From Eledone cirrhosa (taxonomy: Eukaryota): a DNA stretch of 64,000 nucleotides. Location: NCBI GenBank assembly GCA_964016885.1, contig OZ024742.1:25606001-25670000 (forward strand), given 5' to 3'. Positions 13,801 to 27,178 of this stretch are shown in pieces (the stretch's first letter is position 1; each line of letters starts with the position of its first letter). The translations under genes were made by a program, and so were the position numbers. The notes below the pieces were generated by a model. That model was not told the DNA's origin. It made no database searches and worked only from the letters and a program-made list of their open reading frames with translations.

Positions 13801-13958
13801 ATATATATATATATGTATATGTGTGTGTGTGTATTTATGTGTGTGTGTGTGTACGTGTGTGTGTGTGCGTGTGTGAAAGGTAAACAGAAATAAAACACAA
13901 TTGGTACAGTATATGAAAGGTATATATTAGGTTAACGCTTGATATAGCAGGAGGAGGG

Positions 13959-13994
13959 TCTTAACGTTTCGGACGCTAGTCCTTCATCAGAAGA
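13959..13994 (-). ncRNA. Minimal (dimer-type) hammerhead
   Basis: tctt CTGATGA a-ggac-tagc-gtcc GAAA cg TT aaga; palindromic AACGTT in stem III. Confidence 0.75.
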
Positions 13995-14032
13995 AAGAAT
14001 GAGAAATAAGATATATTGAGGGGACGGGCATA

Positions 14033-17000
14033 TGGTGATCATGATGATAATGATAACGATGTTGGTGGTTGTGATGGCGATGATGATGATTCTCGTTATT
14101 TTGGTGCTAGTAGTGTTGGTGATGATGGTTTTGGTGGTGATGGTGGAGGTGGTGACGGTGGTGATGGTGGTGGTGTTGGTGGTAGGAGTGATGGTGGTGG
14201 TGTTGGTGGTAGGAGTGATGGTGGTGTTGGTGTTGGTGGTGATGGCGTTGGTGATGGGGGTGATGATAGTGATCATGGTGAAGGTGGTGGTGATGGTGGT
14301 GATCGTGGTAATGGTGGCGGCGGTGTTGGTGGTTGTTGTGATTGCGTTGGCATTGGTGGTGATGGTGGTGATGTTGGTGGTGGTGGTGAGGCTGTTGGTA
14401 TTGGTGGTGGGGATGGGGGTGTTGGTGATGGTGTTGGAGGCGGTAATGGTAGTGTTGGTGGTGGTGGTGTTGATGGTGGTGGTGGTGTTGGTGTTTGTGA
14501 TGGTAGTGGTGGTGGTGATGGTGGTGGTGGTGTTGATGGTGGTGTTAGTGATGGTGTTGGTGATGGTGTTTGTGATGGCGGTGGCGGTGATGGTGGTGTT
14601 GGTGGTGTTGGTGTTGTTGTTGTTGGTGGTGGTGGTGGTGATGGTGATGGTGATGGTAGTGGTAGTGGTGGTGGTAGTAGAGGTGTTGTTGTTGGTGGTG
14701 GTGTTGTTATTGGTGGTAGTGGTGTTGTTGGTGGTAGTAGTTGTGTTGTTGGTGGTAGTAGTGGTGTTGTTGGTGGCAGTAGTGGTGTTGGTGGTAGTTG
14801 TGATGTGATTGGTGGTAGTGGTGGTGTTGGTGGTAGTGTGGTTGTTGGTGGTAGTGGTGTTATTGGTGGTAGTGGTGATGTTGGTGGTAGTGTTGTTGTT
14901 GGTGGTAGTGGTGTTATTGGTGGTAGTGGTGTTGTTGGTGGTAGTGTTGTTGTTGGTGGTAGTAGTGGTGTTGGTGGTAGTGGTGGTGTTGTTGGTGGTA
15001 GTAGTGGTGTTGTTGGTGGCAGTAGTGGTGTTGGTGGTAGTTGTGATGTGATTGGTGGTAGTGGTGGTGTTGGTGGTAGTGTGGTTGTTGGTGGTAGTGG
15101 TGTTATTGGTGGTAGTGGTCATGTTGGTGGTAGTGTTGTTGTTGGTGGTAGTGGTGTTATTGGTGGTAGTGGTGTTGTTGGTGGTAGTGTTGTTGTTGGT
15201 GGTAGTAGTGGTGTTGGTGGTAGTGGTGGTGTTGTTGGTGGTAGTAGTGGTGTTGGTGGTGGTAGTAGTAGTGTTGGTGGTAGTTGTGATGTGATTGGTG
15301 GTAGTGGTGGTGTTGGTGGTAGTGTTGTTGTTATTGGTGGTAGTGGTGTTGTTGGTGGTAGTGGTGTTGCTGGTGGTAGTGGTGTTGTTGGTGGTAGTGG
15401 TGTTGTTGGTGGTAGTGGTGTTATTGGTGGTAGTGGTGTGGTTGGTGGTAGTGTTGTTGTAATTGGTGGTAGTGGTGTTGTTGTTGGTAGTGGTGTTGTT
15501 GGTGGTAGTGGTGTTGTTATTGGTGGTAGTGGTGTTGTTGTTGGTAGTGGTGTTGTTGGTGGTAGTGGTGTTGTTATTGGTGGTAGTGGTGTTGTTGTTG
15601 GTAGTGGTGTTGTTGGTGGTAGTGGTGTTGTTGGTGATAGTGGTGTTGTTGGTGGTAGTGGTGTTGTAGGTGGTAGTGGTGTTGTTATTGGTGGTAGTGG
15701 TGGTGTTGGTTGTAGTGGTGTTGTTGGTGGTAGTGTTGTTGTTGGTGGTAGTGGTGTTGTTGGTGGTAGTGGTGTGGGTGGTAGTAGTGGTGTTGCTGGT
15801 GGTAGTGGTGTTGTTGGTGGTAGTGGTGGTGTTGTTGGTGGTAGTGGTTTTGGTGGTGGTAGTGGTGTTGTTGGTGGTAGTGGTGTTGTTGGTGGTAGTG
15901 GTGTTGTTGGTGGTAGTGGTGTTGGTGGTGGTAGTGGTGTTGGTGGTGGTAGTGGTGGTGTTGGTGGTAGTGGTGTTCTTGGTGGTAGTGGTGGTGTTGG
16001 TGGTAGTGGTGGTGTTGGTGGTAGTGGTGTTGTTGGTGTTAGTGGTGTTGTTGGTGGTAGTGGTGTTGTTGGTGGTTGTAGTGGTGTTATTGGTGGTAGT
16101 GGTGTTGTTGGTGGTAGTGGTGTTGTTGGTGGTGGTTGTGGTGGTGTTGGTGGTAGTGGTGGTGTTAGTGGTAGTGGTGTTGTTGGTGGTAGTGGTGTTG
16201 TTGCTGGTAGTGGTGGTGTTGGTGGTTGTAGTGGTGTTGTTGGTGGTAGTGGTGTTGTTGGTGGTGGTTGTGGTGGTGTTGGTGGTAGTGGTGGTGTTAG
16301 TGGTAGTGGTGTTGTTGGTGGTAGTGGTGTTGTTGGTGGTAGTGGTGTTGTTGCTGGTAGTGGTGGTGTTGGTGGTTGTAGTGGTGTTATTGGTGGTAGT
16401 GGTGTTGTTGGTGGTAGTGGTGTTGTTGGTGGTGGTAGTGCTGGTGTTGGTGGTGGTAGTGGTGGTGTTGTTGGTGGTGGTGTTGTTGGTGGTAGTGGTG
16501 TTGTTGGTGGTAGTGGTGTTCTTGGTGGTAGTGGTGTTGTTATTGGTGGTAGTGGTGGTGTTGGTGGTAGTGGTGTTGTTGATGGTAGTGGTGTTATTGG
16601 TGGTAGTGGTGTTGTTGCTGGTAGTGTTGTTATTGGTGGTAGTGGTGTTGGTGGTGGTGGTAGTGGTGGTTTGGTGGTGGTGGTGTTGGTGGTGGTAGTG
16701 GTGGTGTTGGTGGTGGTAGTGTTGGTGGTGGTAGTGGTGCTGGTGGTGGTATTGGTGGTGTTGGTGGTAGTGGTGTTGTTATTGGTGGTAGTGGTGGTGT
16801 TGGTGGTAGTGGTGTTGTTGGTGGTAGTGGTGGTATTGGTGGTAGTGGTGTTGTTAGTGGTAGTGGTGGTGTTGGTGGTAGTGGTGTTGTTGGTGGTAGT
16901 GGTGTTGATGGTGGTATTGGTGGTGTTGGTGGTAGTGGTGTTGTTATTGGTGGTAGTGGTGGTGTTGGTGGTAGTGGTGTTTTTGGTGGTAGTGCTGGTA

Positions 17001-20000
17001 TTGGTGGTAGTGGTGTTGTTAGTGGTAGTGGTGTTGTTGGTGGTAGTGGTGTTGATGGTGGTAGTGGTGTTGTTGGTGGTAGTGTTGTTATTGGTGGTAG
17101 TGGTGGTGTTGGTGGTAGTGGTGGTGTTGGTGGGAGTGGCGTTGTTGGTGGTAGTGGTGCTGTTATTGGTGGTAGTGTTGTTGTTGGTGGTAGTGGTGTT
17201 GTTGGTGGTGGTGGTGTTGTTGGTGGTAGTGGTGTTGATGGTGGTAGTGGTGTTGTTGGTGTTAGTGGTGTTGTTAGTGGTAGTGGTGGTGTTGGTGCTG
17301 GTGGTGTTGTTGGTGTTAGTGGTGTTGTTAGTGGTAGTGGTGGTGTTGGTAGTGGTGTTGTTGGTGTTAGTGGTGTTGTTAGTGGTAGTGGTGGTGTTGC
17401 TGGTAGTGGTTTTGTTGGTGGTAGTGGTGTTGTTGGTGGTAGCGGTGTTGTTGGTGGTAGTGGTGTTATTGGTGGTAGTGGTGTTGTTGGTGGTAGTGGT
17501 GTTGTTGTTGGTGGTAGTGTCGTTGTTGGTGGTAGTGGTAGTATTGGTGGTAGTGGTGTTGTTGGTGGTAGTGGTGTTGTTGGTGGTAGTGGTGTTGTTA
17601 TTGGTGGTAGTGGTGGTATTCTTTGTGGTGGTGGTGGTGTTGTTGTTGGTGGTAGTGTCGTTGTTGGTGGTAGTGGTAGTGTTGGTGGTAGTGGTGTTGT
17701 TGGTGGTAGTGGTGTTATTGGTGGTAGTGGTGTTGTTGGTGGTAGTGGTGGTGTTGGTGGTAGTGGTGTTGTTGGTGGTAGTGGTAGTGTTGGTGGTAGT
17801 GGTGTTGTTGGTGGTAGTGGTGGTGTTGGTGGTAGTGGTGGTGTTGGTGGTAGTGGTGGTGTTGGTGGTAGTGGTAGTGTTGGTGGTAGTGGTAGTGTTG
17901 GTGGTAGTGGTGGTGTTGGTGGTAGTGGTGTTGTTGGTGGTAGTGGTCGTGTTGGTGGTAGTGGTGTTGTTGGTGGTAGTGGTGGTGTTGGTGGTAGTGG
18001 TAGTGTTGGTGGTAGTGGTAGTGTTGGTGGTAGTGGTGGTGTTGGTGGTAGTGGTGGTGTTGGTGGTAGTGGTGTTGTTGGTGGTAGTGGTGTTGTTGGT
18101 GGTAGTGGTAGTGTTGGTGGTAGTGGTGTTGTTGGTGGTAGTGGTAGTGTTGGTGGTAGTGGTTGTGTTGGTGTTAGTGGTGTTATTGGTGGTAGTGGTG
18201 TTGTTGGTGGTAGTGGTGTTGGTGGTAGTGGTGGTATCGGTGGTAGTGTTGTTAATGGTGGTAGTGGTGTTGTTGTTGGTGGTAGTGGTGTTGCTGGTGG
18301 TAGTGGTGTTGTGGGTGGTAGCGTTGTTGTTGGTGGTAGTGGTGGTGTTGGTGGTAGTGGTGTTGTTGGTGGTAGTGGTGTTGTTGGTGGTAGTGTTGTT
18401 GTTGGTGGTAGTGGTGGTGTTGGTGGTAGTGGTGTTGTTGGTGGTAGTGGTGTTGTTGGTGGTAGTGGTGTTGTTGGTGGTAGTGGTGTTGTTGGTGGTA
18501 GTGTTGTTGTTGGTGGTAGTGGTGTTGTTGGTGGTAGTGGTGGTGTTGGTGGTAGTGGTGTTCTTGGTGGTAGTGGTGGTGTTATTGGTAGTAGTGGTGT
18601 TGGTGGTAGTGGTGTTGTTGGTGTTGTTGGTGGTAGTGGTGTTGTTGGTGGTAGTGGTGTTGTTGGTGGTAGTGGTGTTGATGGTGGTAGTGGTGGTGTT
18701 GGTGGTAGTGGTGTTATTGGTGGTAGTGGTGGTGTTGGTGGTAATGGTGTTGTTGGTGGTAGTGGTTGTGTTGGTGTTAGTGGTGGTGTTGGTGGTAGTG
18801 GTGTTGTTGGTGGTAGTGGTGTTGGTGGTAGTGGTGGTATCGGTGGTAGTGTTGTTAATGGTGGTAGTGGTGTTGTTATTGGTGGTAGTGGTGTTGTTGG
18901 TGGTAGTGGTGTTGCTGGTGGTAGTGGTGTTGTGGGTGGTAGCGTTGTTGTTGGTGGTAGTGGTGGTGTTGGTGGTAGTGGTGTTGTTGGTGGTAGTGGT
19001 GTTGTTGGTGGTAGTGTTGTTGTTGGTGGTAGTGGTGGTGTTGGTGGTAGTGGTGGTGTTGGTGGTAGTGGTGTTCTTGGTGGTAGTGGTGGTGTTGGTG
19101 GTAGTGGTGTTGTTGGTGGTAGTGGTGTTGTTGGTGGTAGTGGTGTTGTTGGTGGTAGTGGTGTTGTTGGTGGTAGTGTTGTTGTTGGTGGTAGTGGTGT
19201 TGTTGGTGGTAGTGGTGGTGTTGGTGGTAGTGGTGTTCTTGGTGGTAGTGGTGGTGTTATTGGTAGTAGTGGTGTTGGTGGTAGTGGTGTTGTTGGTGTT
19301 GTTGGTGGTAGTGGTGTTGTTGGTGGTAGTGGTGTTATTGGTAGTAGTGGTGGTGTTATTGGTAGTAGTGGTGTGGTGTTGGTGGTAGTGGTGTCGTTGG
19401 TGGTAGTGGTTTTGTTGGTGGTAGTGGTGTTGTTGGTGGTAGTGGTGGTATTGGTGGTAGTGGTGTTGTTGGTGGTAGTGGTGGTATTGGTGGTAGTGGT
19501 GTGGTTGGTGGTAGTGGTGGTGTTGGTGGTAGTGGTGGTGTTATTGGTAGTAGTGGTGTTGGTGGTAGTGGTGGTGTTGGTGGTAGTGGTGTTGTTATTG
19601 GTGGTAGTGGTGTTGTTGGTGGTAATGGTGTTGTTGGTGGTAGTGGTGTCATTGGTGGTAGTGGTGGTGTTGGTGGTAGTGGTGTTGTTGGTGGTAGTGG
19701 TGTGGTTGGTGGTAGTGGTGTGGTTGGTGGTACTGGTGTTGTTGGTGGTAGTGGTGGTGTTGGTGGTACTGGTGTTGTTATTGGTGGTAGTAGTGGTGTT
19801 GTTGGTGGTAGTGGTGTTGGTGGTGGTAGTGGTAGTGTTGGTGGTAGTGGTGTTATTGGTGGTAGTGGTGTTATTGGTGGTAGTGGTGGTGTTGGTTGTA
19901 GTGGTGTTATTGGTGGTAGTGGTGTTGTTGGTGGTAGTGGTGGTGTTGGTGGTAGTGGTGTTGTTGGTGGTAGTGGTGGTAGCCGTGCTAGTGGCTGTGT

Positions 20001-21885
20001 TGGTGGTAGTGGTGTTGTTGGTGGTAGTGGTGTTGTTGGTGGTAGTGGTGTTATTGGTGGTAGTGGTGTTGTTGGTGGTGTTGATGGTAGTGGTGGTGTT
20101 GGTGGTAGTGGTGTTGTTGGTGGTAGTGGTGTTGTTGGCGGTAGTGGTGTTGTTTGTGGTAGTGGTGTTGTTGGTGGTAGGGGTGGTGTTATTGGTGGTA
20201 GTGTTGTTATTGGTGGTAGTGGTGGTGTTGGTGGTAGTAGTGTTATTGGTGGTAGTGGTGGTGTTGGTGGTAGTGGTGTTGTTGGTGGTAGTTGTGTTGT
20301 TGTTGTTAGTGGTGGTGTTGGTGGTAGTGGTGTTGTTGGTGGTAGTGGTGGTGTTGGGGGTAGGGGTGGTGTTGGTTGTAGTGTTGTTGTTGGTGGTAGT
20401 GTTGTTGTTGGTGGTAGTGGTGGTGTTGGTGGTAGTGGTGGTGTTGGTGGTAGTGGTGGTGTTGGTTGTAGTGTTGTTGTTGGTGGTAGTTTTGTTGTTG
20501 GTGGTAGTGGTGTTGTTGGTGGTAGTGGTGTTGTTGGTGGTAGTAGTGTTATTGTTGGTAGTCGTGTTGTTGGTGGTGGTGGTAGTGGTGATGTTGGTGG
20601 TAGTGGTGTTGTTAATGGTGGTAGTGGTGTTGTTGCTGGTAGTGGTGTTGTTATTGGTGGTATTGTTGTTATTGGTGGTAGTGGTGGTGTTGGTGGTAGT
20701 GGTGTTATTGGTGGTAGTGGTTGTGTTGGTGGTAGTGGTGGTGTTGGTGGTAGTGGTGTTGTTGGTGGTAGTGGTGTTGTTGGTGGTAGTGGTGTTGTTG
20801 GTGGTAGTGGTGTCATTGGTGGTAGTGGTAGTGTTGGTGGTAGTGGTGTTGTTGGTGGTAGTGGTGTTGTTGCTCGTAGTGGTGTTGTTGGTGGTAGTGG
20901 TGGTGTTGGTGGTAGTGGTGTTGTTATTGGTGGTAGTGGTGTTGTTGGTGGTAGTGGTGGTGTTGGTGGTAGTGGTGTTGTTGGTGGTAGTGGTGTTATT
21001 GGTGGTAGTGGTGTTGTTGTTGGTGGTAGTGGTGTTGTTGGTGGTAGTGGTGTTGTTGGTGGTAGTGGTGTTGTTGGTGGTAGTGGTGGTGTTGGTGGTA
21101 GTGGTGTTGTTGGTGGTAGTGGTGTTGTTACTGGCGGTAGTGGTGTTATTGGTGGTAGTATTGTTGTTGTTGGTGGTAGTGGTGTTATTGGTGGTAGTGG
21201 TGTTGTTATTGCTGGTAGTGGTGTTGTTACTGGTGGTAGTGGTGTTACTGGTGGTAGTGGTGTTGTTGTTGGTGGTAGTGGTGGTTTTGGTGGTAGTGGT
21301 GTTATTGGTGGTAGTGTTGTTGTTGGTGGTAGTGGTGTTATTGGTGGTAGTGGTGGTGTTGGTGGTAGTGGTGGTGTTGGTGGTAGTGGTGTTGTTGGTG
21401 GTAGTGTTGTTGTTGGTGGTAGTGGTGTTGTTGGTGGCAGTGGTGGTATTGGTGGTAGTGGTGTTGTTGGTGGTAGTGTTGTTGTTGGTGGTAGTGGTGA
21501 TGTTGGTGGTAGTGGTGTTATTGGTGGTAGTGGTGTTTTTGTTGGTGGTAGTGGTGTTATTGGTGGTAGTGGTGGTGATGGTGGTAGTGGTGTTGTTGGT
21601 GGTAGTGGTTGTGTTATTGGTGGTAGTGGTGTTGTTACTGGTGGTAGTAGTATTTTTGGTGGTAGTGGTGGTATTGTTTGTGGTGGTGGTGTTATTGGTG
21701 GTAGTGGTGTTGTTATTGGTGGTAGTGGTGGTATTCTTTGTGGTGGTGGTGGTGTTGTTGTTGGTGGTAGTGGTGTTGTTGTTGGTGGTAATGGTGGTAT
21801 TGTTTGTGGTGGTGGTGGCATTGCTTATTGTAGTCGTGGTATTGTTTATGGTAGTGGTGGTATTGTTTGTGGTAGTGCTGTTGTT
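14033..21885. repeat. ~7.9 kb G+T-rich trinucleotide satellite built from GGT/AGT/GTT, core unit GGTGGTAGTGGTGTT(GTT)
   Basis: T at nearly every third base; higher-order duplications with 243-bp and ~603-bp periods; phase slips near 16670 and 19373. Confidence 0.95.
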
Positions 21886-21929
21886 ATTTCAAATTGTATT
21901 ACAGTCTTTAACATCAATAAAGTCACTTT

Positions 21930-21933
<4 letters not shown>

Positions 21934-21985
<52 letters not shown>

Positions 21986-22100
21986 TAAGAGAGGGCATGG
22001 GAGTGAATAATAAGGAGAGAGGGAGAATTAGAATGAAAGATAAAGTCTGTATTTGTATCTGTAAGAGAGATACAGAGTGAAAGGGAGAGAATGTGTGTAT

Positions 22101-22152
<52 letters not shown>

Positions 22153-22398
22153 GAGAGAGAGAGAAAGATTGAAAGTGTGTATGTGTGAGAGAGAGATGAA
22201 GAGTGAGAGAGCGTGAAAGTATGTGTGTGTGAGAGAGCGAGAGAATGTAAATGTGTATGCGTGAGTGAGCGGGGGATGAAAAGTAGTGAATCAGAATGAA
22301 AGATAGAGAAATGGAAAGCGTGTATCTGTTTGTGTGTGTGAGAGAGAGACAGTGAAAGTTTGTTTACGTGAGAGAGAGGAGGAGTAAGTGTGAGAGTC

Positions 22399-22431
<33 letters not shown>

Positions 22432-22635
22432 GTGTGAGAGAGAGAGAGTGAAAGTTTGTTTGTGTGAGAGAGGGGAGGAATAAGTGCGAGAGTGTGAGAG
22501 AGAGAAAGAGAAAGCTTGTATCCGTTTGTGTGCGTGTATGTGTGTATGTGTGAGAGAGTGAAAGTATGTTTGTGTGAGAGAGAGAGTAAGTGCGACAGTG
22601 AAAGAGAGAGAGAGAGAGGGAGAGAGAGAGAGAGG
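21934..22635. repeat. (GA)n/(GT)n low-complexity region
   Basis: Directly visible. Confidence 0.9.
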
Positions 22636-23149
22636 AGTTAAATCTGTAAAACACATTTTAAAAAGAAACTACAAGCAAATCGAATCTCATGGTTATAGAA
22701 AAATCAAAACCTAAATAAATGTATTCCATAATTATTTCTTTTGAAGAATATACCCGCCAGTTTATTGGAGAACATAAAGGTGGATGGAATGACAAACCCT
22801 TTCTCTGTTAAGATTCTTCCCTTAACCATTCCATTTGATCGGTCTTTGATATCTGTCTTTAAAAAATATGTACAATATTTAAATTTGAAGATCTCAGCGT
22901 TATAGTTAGATGTTAGTTTTATATGAAAATCTCGGTCTTGTGTGCAAACCAAGTTGTCTGACAACTCTTACGTATCTGTGATTCAGGAAATAATGTTCTG
23001 CTTTTCAAAATAGCAAATTAATTCGAATAAAACCACCCACATTTGAATGGGTCTCCGTCGGTTTCGGCGATGAATGGGCCAGTTGTTTGATCAACAGAAC
23101 CGCCAGACATCTTTGGAATGTGCAATATACCTGTGATATTGGGGGAAAG

Positions 23150-23310
23150 GGGAACAGGCGATTACATCAACCCAAGTATATCACTGGTATTTTAATTTGT
23201 ACTTTGATATTAGAGGGATGAAAGGATGAATTGACCGCGGAATGATTTGAACTGAGAAAAGAATAAGCCGTAAATATTTTGTTCGACGCACTACAGATAC
23301 TACAAAAGCG
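23150..23310 (-). mobile_element. Old Nin-domain SINE
   Basis: GGGATGAAAGG..TTGACCGCGGAATGATTTGAACTGAG resembles the SINE consensus. Confidence 0.55.
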
Positions 23311-24874
23311 CTAGAAATAATAGCACAAAACACCCAATCTAACACCTTTGACGATATACTGCAAATATTTTCTTGCCATAAAATTACTTTAACACAGACA
23401 GAAATATTTTATTGTTTATAAAATGAATTAATTCATTTGGTTAATGATTTCTTTAATTACTTTTAATCATGATATAAATAATTATTGTTGATGAATAAAT
23501 TAAAACATAGACTTGGCCAATTAAGTCTTTCCATGGTCTAAGCAACAAGAAGAAACCAAAACAAAAGACAAAATTACACTAATGCATCATCAACCTTTTT
23601 ATTTAGAACCTAAAAAATGGTTAAAATAGTAACTTAGGAGTAAGAGTATTGTACTACATGATGGGAAATCTTTGTTCGGCATTGGTCTCTGGTAGGAGAT
23701 TTCAACATGTCAACAGTAAAATTCTTCCTAATCGGTGAAAACATCTATTAGAATAAAATTTAAACTCAACAACCAGTACAACCATCATCATCGCAAGAAT
23801 CCCCCCGTTAACACCAACATTACTACCGACAATTTCCTCTTATTCCACTACCGGGACAACCAATATATAGCTTTATTTATGGGCAAATGTTAGTAAAAGC
23901 CTCTGATAATAAAATTCTGATAGGAAGTAATTTTGAAACAACTACTATCGTCGCAATGACAGCGAAAATAATACAGCGCAACAATTATTATAAAAGAAAT
24001 TTGGGAATTTATGTAAAAACTCATAACGGAAAGTTCGTTGGTTGGTTCACAAATGAGTAATTAGCATTACTCTAATTAATAACCATTTCTTTGTTCTTCA
24101 CTGCTTGTTTAATATATTTTATGTCTTTGATTTATGTTCTTTTATTAGAATTTCTGTTGAGTGCTTTTCAAATAACACTTTATACAGAATTGTTCTCCCG
24201 AGAACCTTACATAACACAAGCTGTCAAACACGATACCAATCCCCATAGATGCCAGCTTTAGAAATGGTGATACTTTAATGAAATACAAATGGTGGAAAAA
24301 GTTGGTAATTTTTAATGTGATAAAAACAAATTGATACACACATATACTCACATACATACACTTATATATATACATACGCAAATAAACAAACATACGCAGG
24401 CAAAATCATAAATAAACTCATACAAACTCATACAAACAAACATACATACACATAGCCGTATACATACAAAGTAACCCCGATTGGTGTCAAACATTAATTG
24501 AAAAACTTGACTCATTAGCAAAAATGTTTCGAAGAAATAAATCTAATATATTAAACAAAAAATTGTTTTAATGATTTAATAAGACGTGGAGAAAAAATTA
24601 GTGGTTTTAACAGACGAAATTAGCATGAAATACATTTCTGAGTTTTAATTAGTTTTGTCTGTAAAACTGATTGTCTTAGCTGGCTAGGACTACCTACAAC
24701 CGTCGATCAAAATCGAGGAGGGTTTGATACTATGTACTATGATTCACTTAATGGCGCCGGGTGATAATTTAGTCATGAGCAGACACAGATAAGCTCTCGA
24801 TACGTTTATACCTTCTTCATCAAAAACACTCAGGATGTGACGGCTGGAGAGAATGAAGCTTTTCTTCAGCCCTA

Positions 24875-24995
24875 TGTTGGTACTTTATGTTATCAACCCC
24901 GAAAGGATGAACGGTAAGATAGACCTCAACCTAATTTAAACACAAAAAGGAAGGAGCTGGAACGAATACATGCAGCACATTTTATCCGACACTTT
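24875..24995 (-). mobile_element. Old Nin-domain SINE
   Basis: GGTACTTTATGTTATCAACCCCGAAAGGATGAACGG. Confidence 0.6.
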
Positions 24996-25503
24996 AATGT
25001 GCCCTTCTCTGCTTAATTGAATGACTCGATGCCGGTATAGAATAATAGAATACGGGTAGGTGATCAAAGAATTAACAGATAGATGGATGAATTATCACAA
25101 AATTCTCTCTTCTTCTATTCTTCTTCAACCACTTATTGCTGAGAGGGTCAAGGAAGCAGTGTCCTCAAACACTCCTTCCATCGGGTCATTTGAGAAGCAA
25201 CCACCTCCAACTGATCGGGACGGATATCCAAACGACACCAGCCAAGCTCATGGATTTTATCTAACGATCGTGCTTGGGTTCTACACCTGGATCTCCTGAA
25301 GGTTTAGACAAAAAGTTGACAGAAAAATTCAAATATCCGAATCTCTATCTAACATTATATGGTAGATTATCACTTGCTTTTTCGTTTTATGTTCACATCG
25401 TACTAGGTGCAGCATTACACTTTCTTACAGCTGATATATTTTACAATAAATTGAACATGATTATGTGAGAGGTAACCATATTTTCCATATATACAAACGT
25501 TAT

Positions 25504-25749
25504 CATGGTTGGATTTCGACTTTGGGTGTCTCGGGGTATTTCAAGTTTGGGGGTGCCTCATAGACAAAACATTAGAATACACAGCACTCCTCACCAATAT
25601 AGGTATTAAATTAAAAACTTCTAACCATCATAAAACTAATAAGCCCCCGTGATGCGACAGATAAGTTGCTGTGGCCGGCACTAGTGTGGCCTCCCACTGC
25701 AGGGGCCCCAGGGCAATTCCCTAATTTTCCCCGATTAAATCCGGCCCTG
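25504..25749. mobile_element. MITE-like element (hAT-like terminus), copy 1
   Basis: Ends TTAAATCCGGCCCTG; shares ATTAGAATACACAGCA and TCTAACCATC.TAAAACT with 29627-29863. Left TIR is degenerate. Confidence 0.5.
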
Positions 25750-26419
25750 AACGCTATACGTCCAATATAATGATGTCTGCTGGTGAATGTGGTCTTCCTT
25801 TTATGCTCTAAATACAAATCAAGCTGTGGTGAATTGATTTCCTTTTTAATTCAGCTGGAGTCAATGACACACAGAACAATCGGTCGTGTATTAGAATTGA
25901 GACAGCCAACTAAATATTTCTCCATTATAAATAACGGAACACTTAGCAATGTAAGATATTGTTATTAATACTGGAATAACTTATTACTGAGATTTACCAT
26001 ATATATGGGGAGGAAAATCTAAGTGAAATTCTATTGGTTTTCTTTCAATGAAATTATCCAAATGTGTAACCTGGTATAGCGTGACGTCTTTGTCGCCGGT
26101 AAAGTGAATTTTAAAATCATTTGAAAATGAATATAGAGTAGAAGATAAAATGATTTATACAGAGCGTTTAGACTTTACTTGAAAAACTAAACAAATGTCA
26201 ATGACCTCATAACTTAAAATTGGAGTCACGGATAACAAGTTTCACTTCACTCACGGCTGGTGCTCTCATAAAGGAAAGCAACCAAACGACATACAGGCAC
26301 ATACGGTAAAGAACATCAAGGAATGGTAAGGCAAAGTCCATATATACGCATATATACATATAATACACACACAAACACACATACACATACACACATATAT
26401 ATATATATATATATATATT

Positions 26420-26600
26420 TATTAAAATAACAGATTAAAGCAAAGAATCGCTGCTTTCACCCTTAACGGATCTTCTGGGGTAACCACAATAAGTAAGGTA
26501 CGCAATACAGTTTCATTCGAAAGAACTTATCAGGGCTTTTCTGATGATTGCCTTCGAATGAAAATGTTCTAGTCCTGTAGAAGCAATTTCTATATTTATT
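26420..26600. mobile_element. Chimeric HHR element: family D (minus) joined to a family C fold-back
   Basis: CAGAAGA-type HHR at 26437-26477 (minus); hairpin at 26508-26566; degenerate family C HHR at 26535-26584 (plus). Confidence 0.7.
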
Positions 26601-26990
26601 GTTATTGTCGTGTGTGTGTGTGTGTGTGAGAATATATAGGTATGTATGTATAAATGTATGTATATACGTCATCAATTATTAGGGGACGCTATAATCAACT
26701 ATTCTGTAACGTGATTCCTATCCTTGTGCTTATCAGAGAAACATTCCTCATTTTTGGTATTCCTTTACTCCAACATTTCCACACACATTACTACACTCAC
26801 AGACCTTGTTGTTGCTGGATTTCCGTCGGTTCCTACGATGATTGTTCCAGTTGTTCAAACGACGGAACAGCTTTCTCGTGAAATTACCGGGTAAGTAGTT
26901 CATCCTTGAACAGACACGTGTATATTATTACACAATGGGGCGACAATCTCTGCAGATGATCATAAATGTTGGTTATTATTTATTCTTATA

Positions 26991-27178
26991 GGGTGGTGGA
27001 TTGGCAGTATCGGTAGAGAGTCTGACACCATGCTTTGCAGCAAAGAGTTACGGCCCTTTATGGTTTGAGTTCAAATCCCGCCGAGGTCAATTTTGCCTTT
27101 CATCCATACAGGGTTGATAAAATAAAGTACCAGTAATGTACTGGGATAATTGCTGGCCTTGTGCCAAAAGTAGAAACA
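26991..27178 (+). mobile_element. Full-length Nin-domain SINE with 16-bp TSD
   Basis: ATTATTTATTCTTATA at 26975-26990 and 27179-27194. Confidence 0.95.

Noticed and set aside
14033-21885. Telomeric array
   Set aside because: G-rich asymmetry only; there are no TTAGGG repeats and the array is interstitial.
14016-22080. Very long ORFs (1790, 1206, 859, 821 aa) as glycine-rich, proline-rich or mucin genes
   Set aside because: They are open only because the GGT/AGT/GTT repeat lacks stops. Several frames on both strands are open at once, there is no signal peptide or unique domain, and the wobble base is invariant in the Gly and Pro frames.
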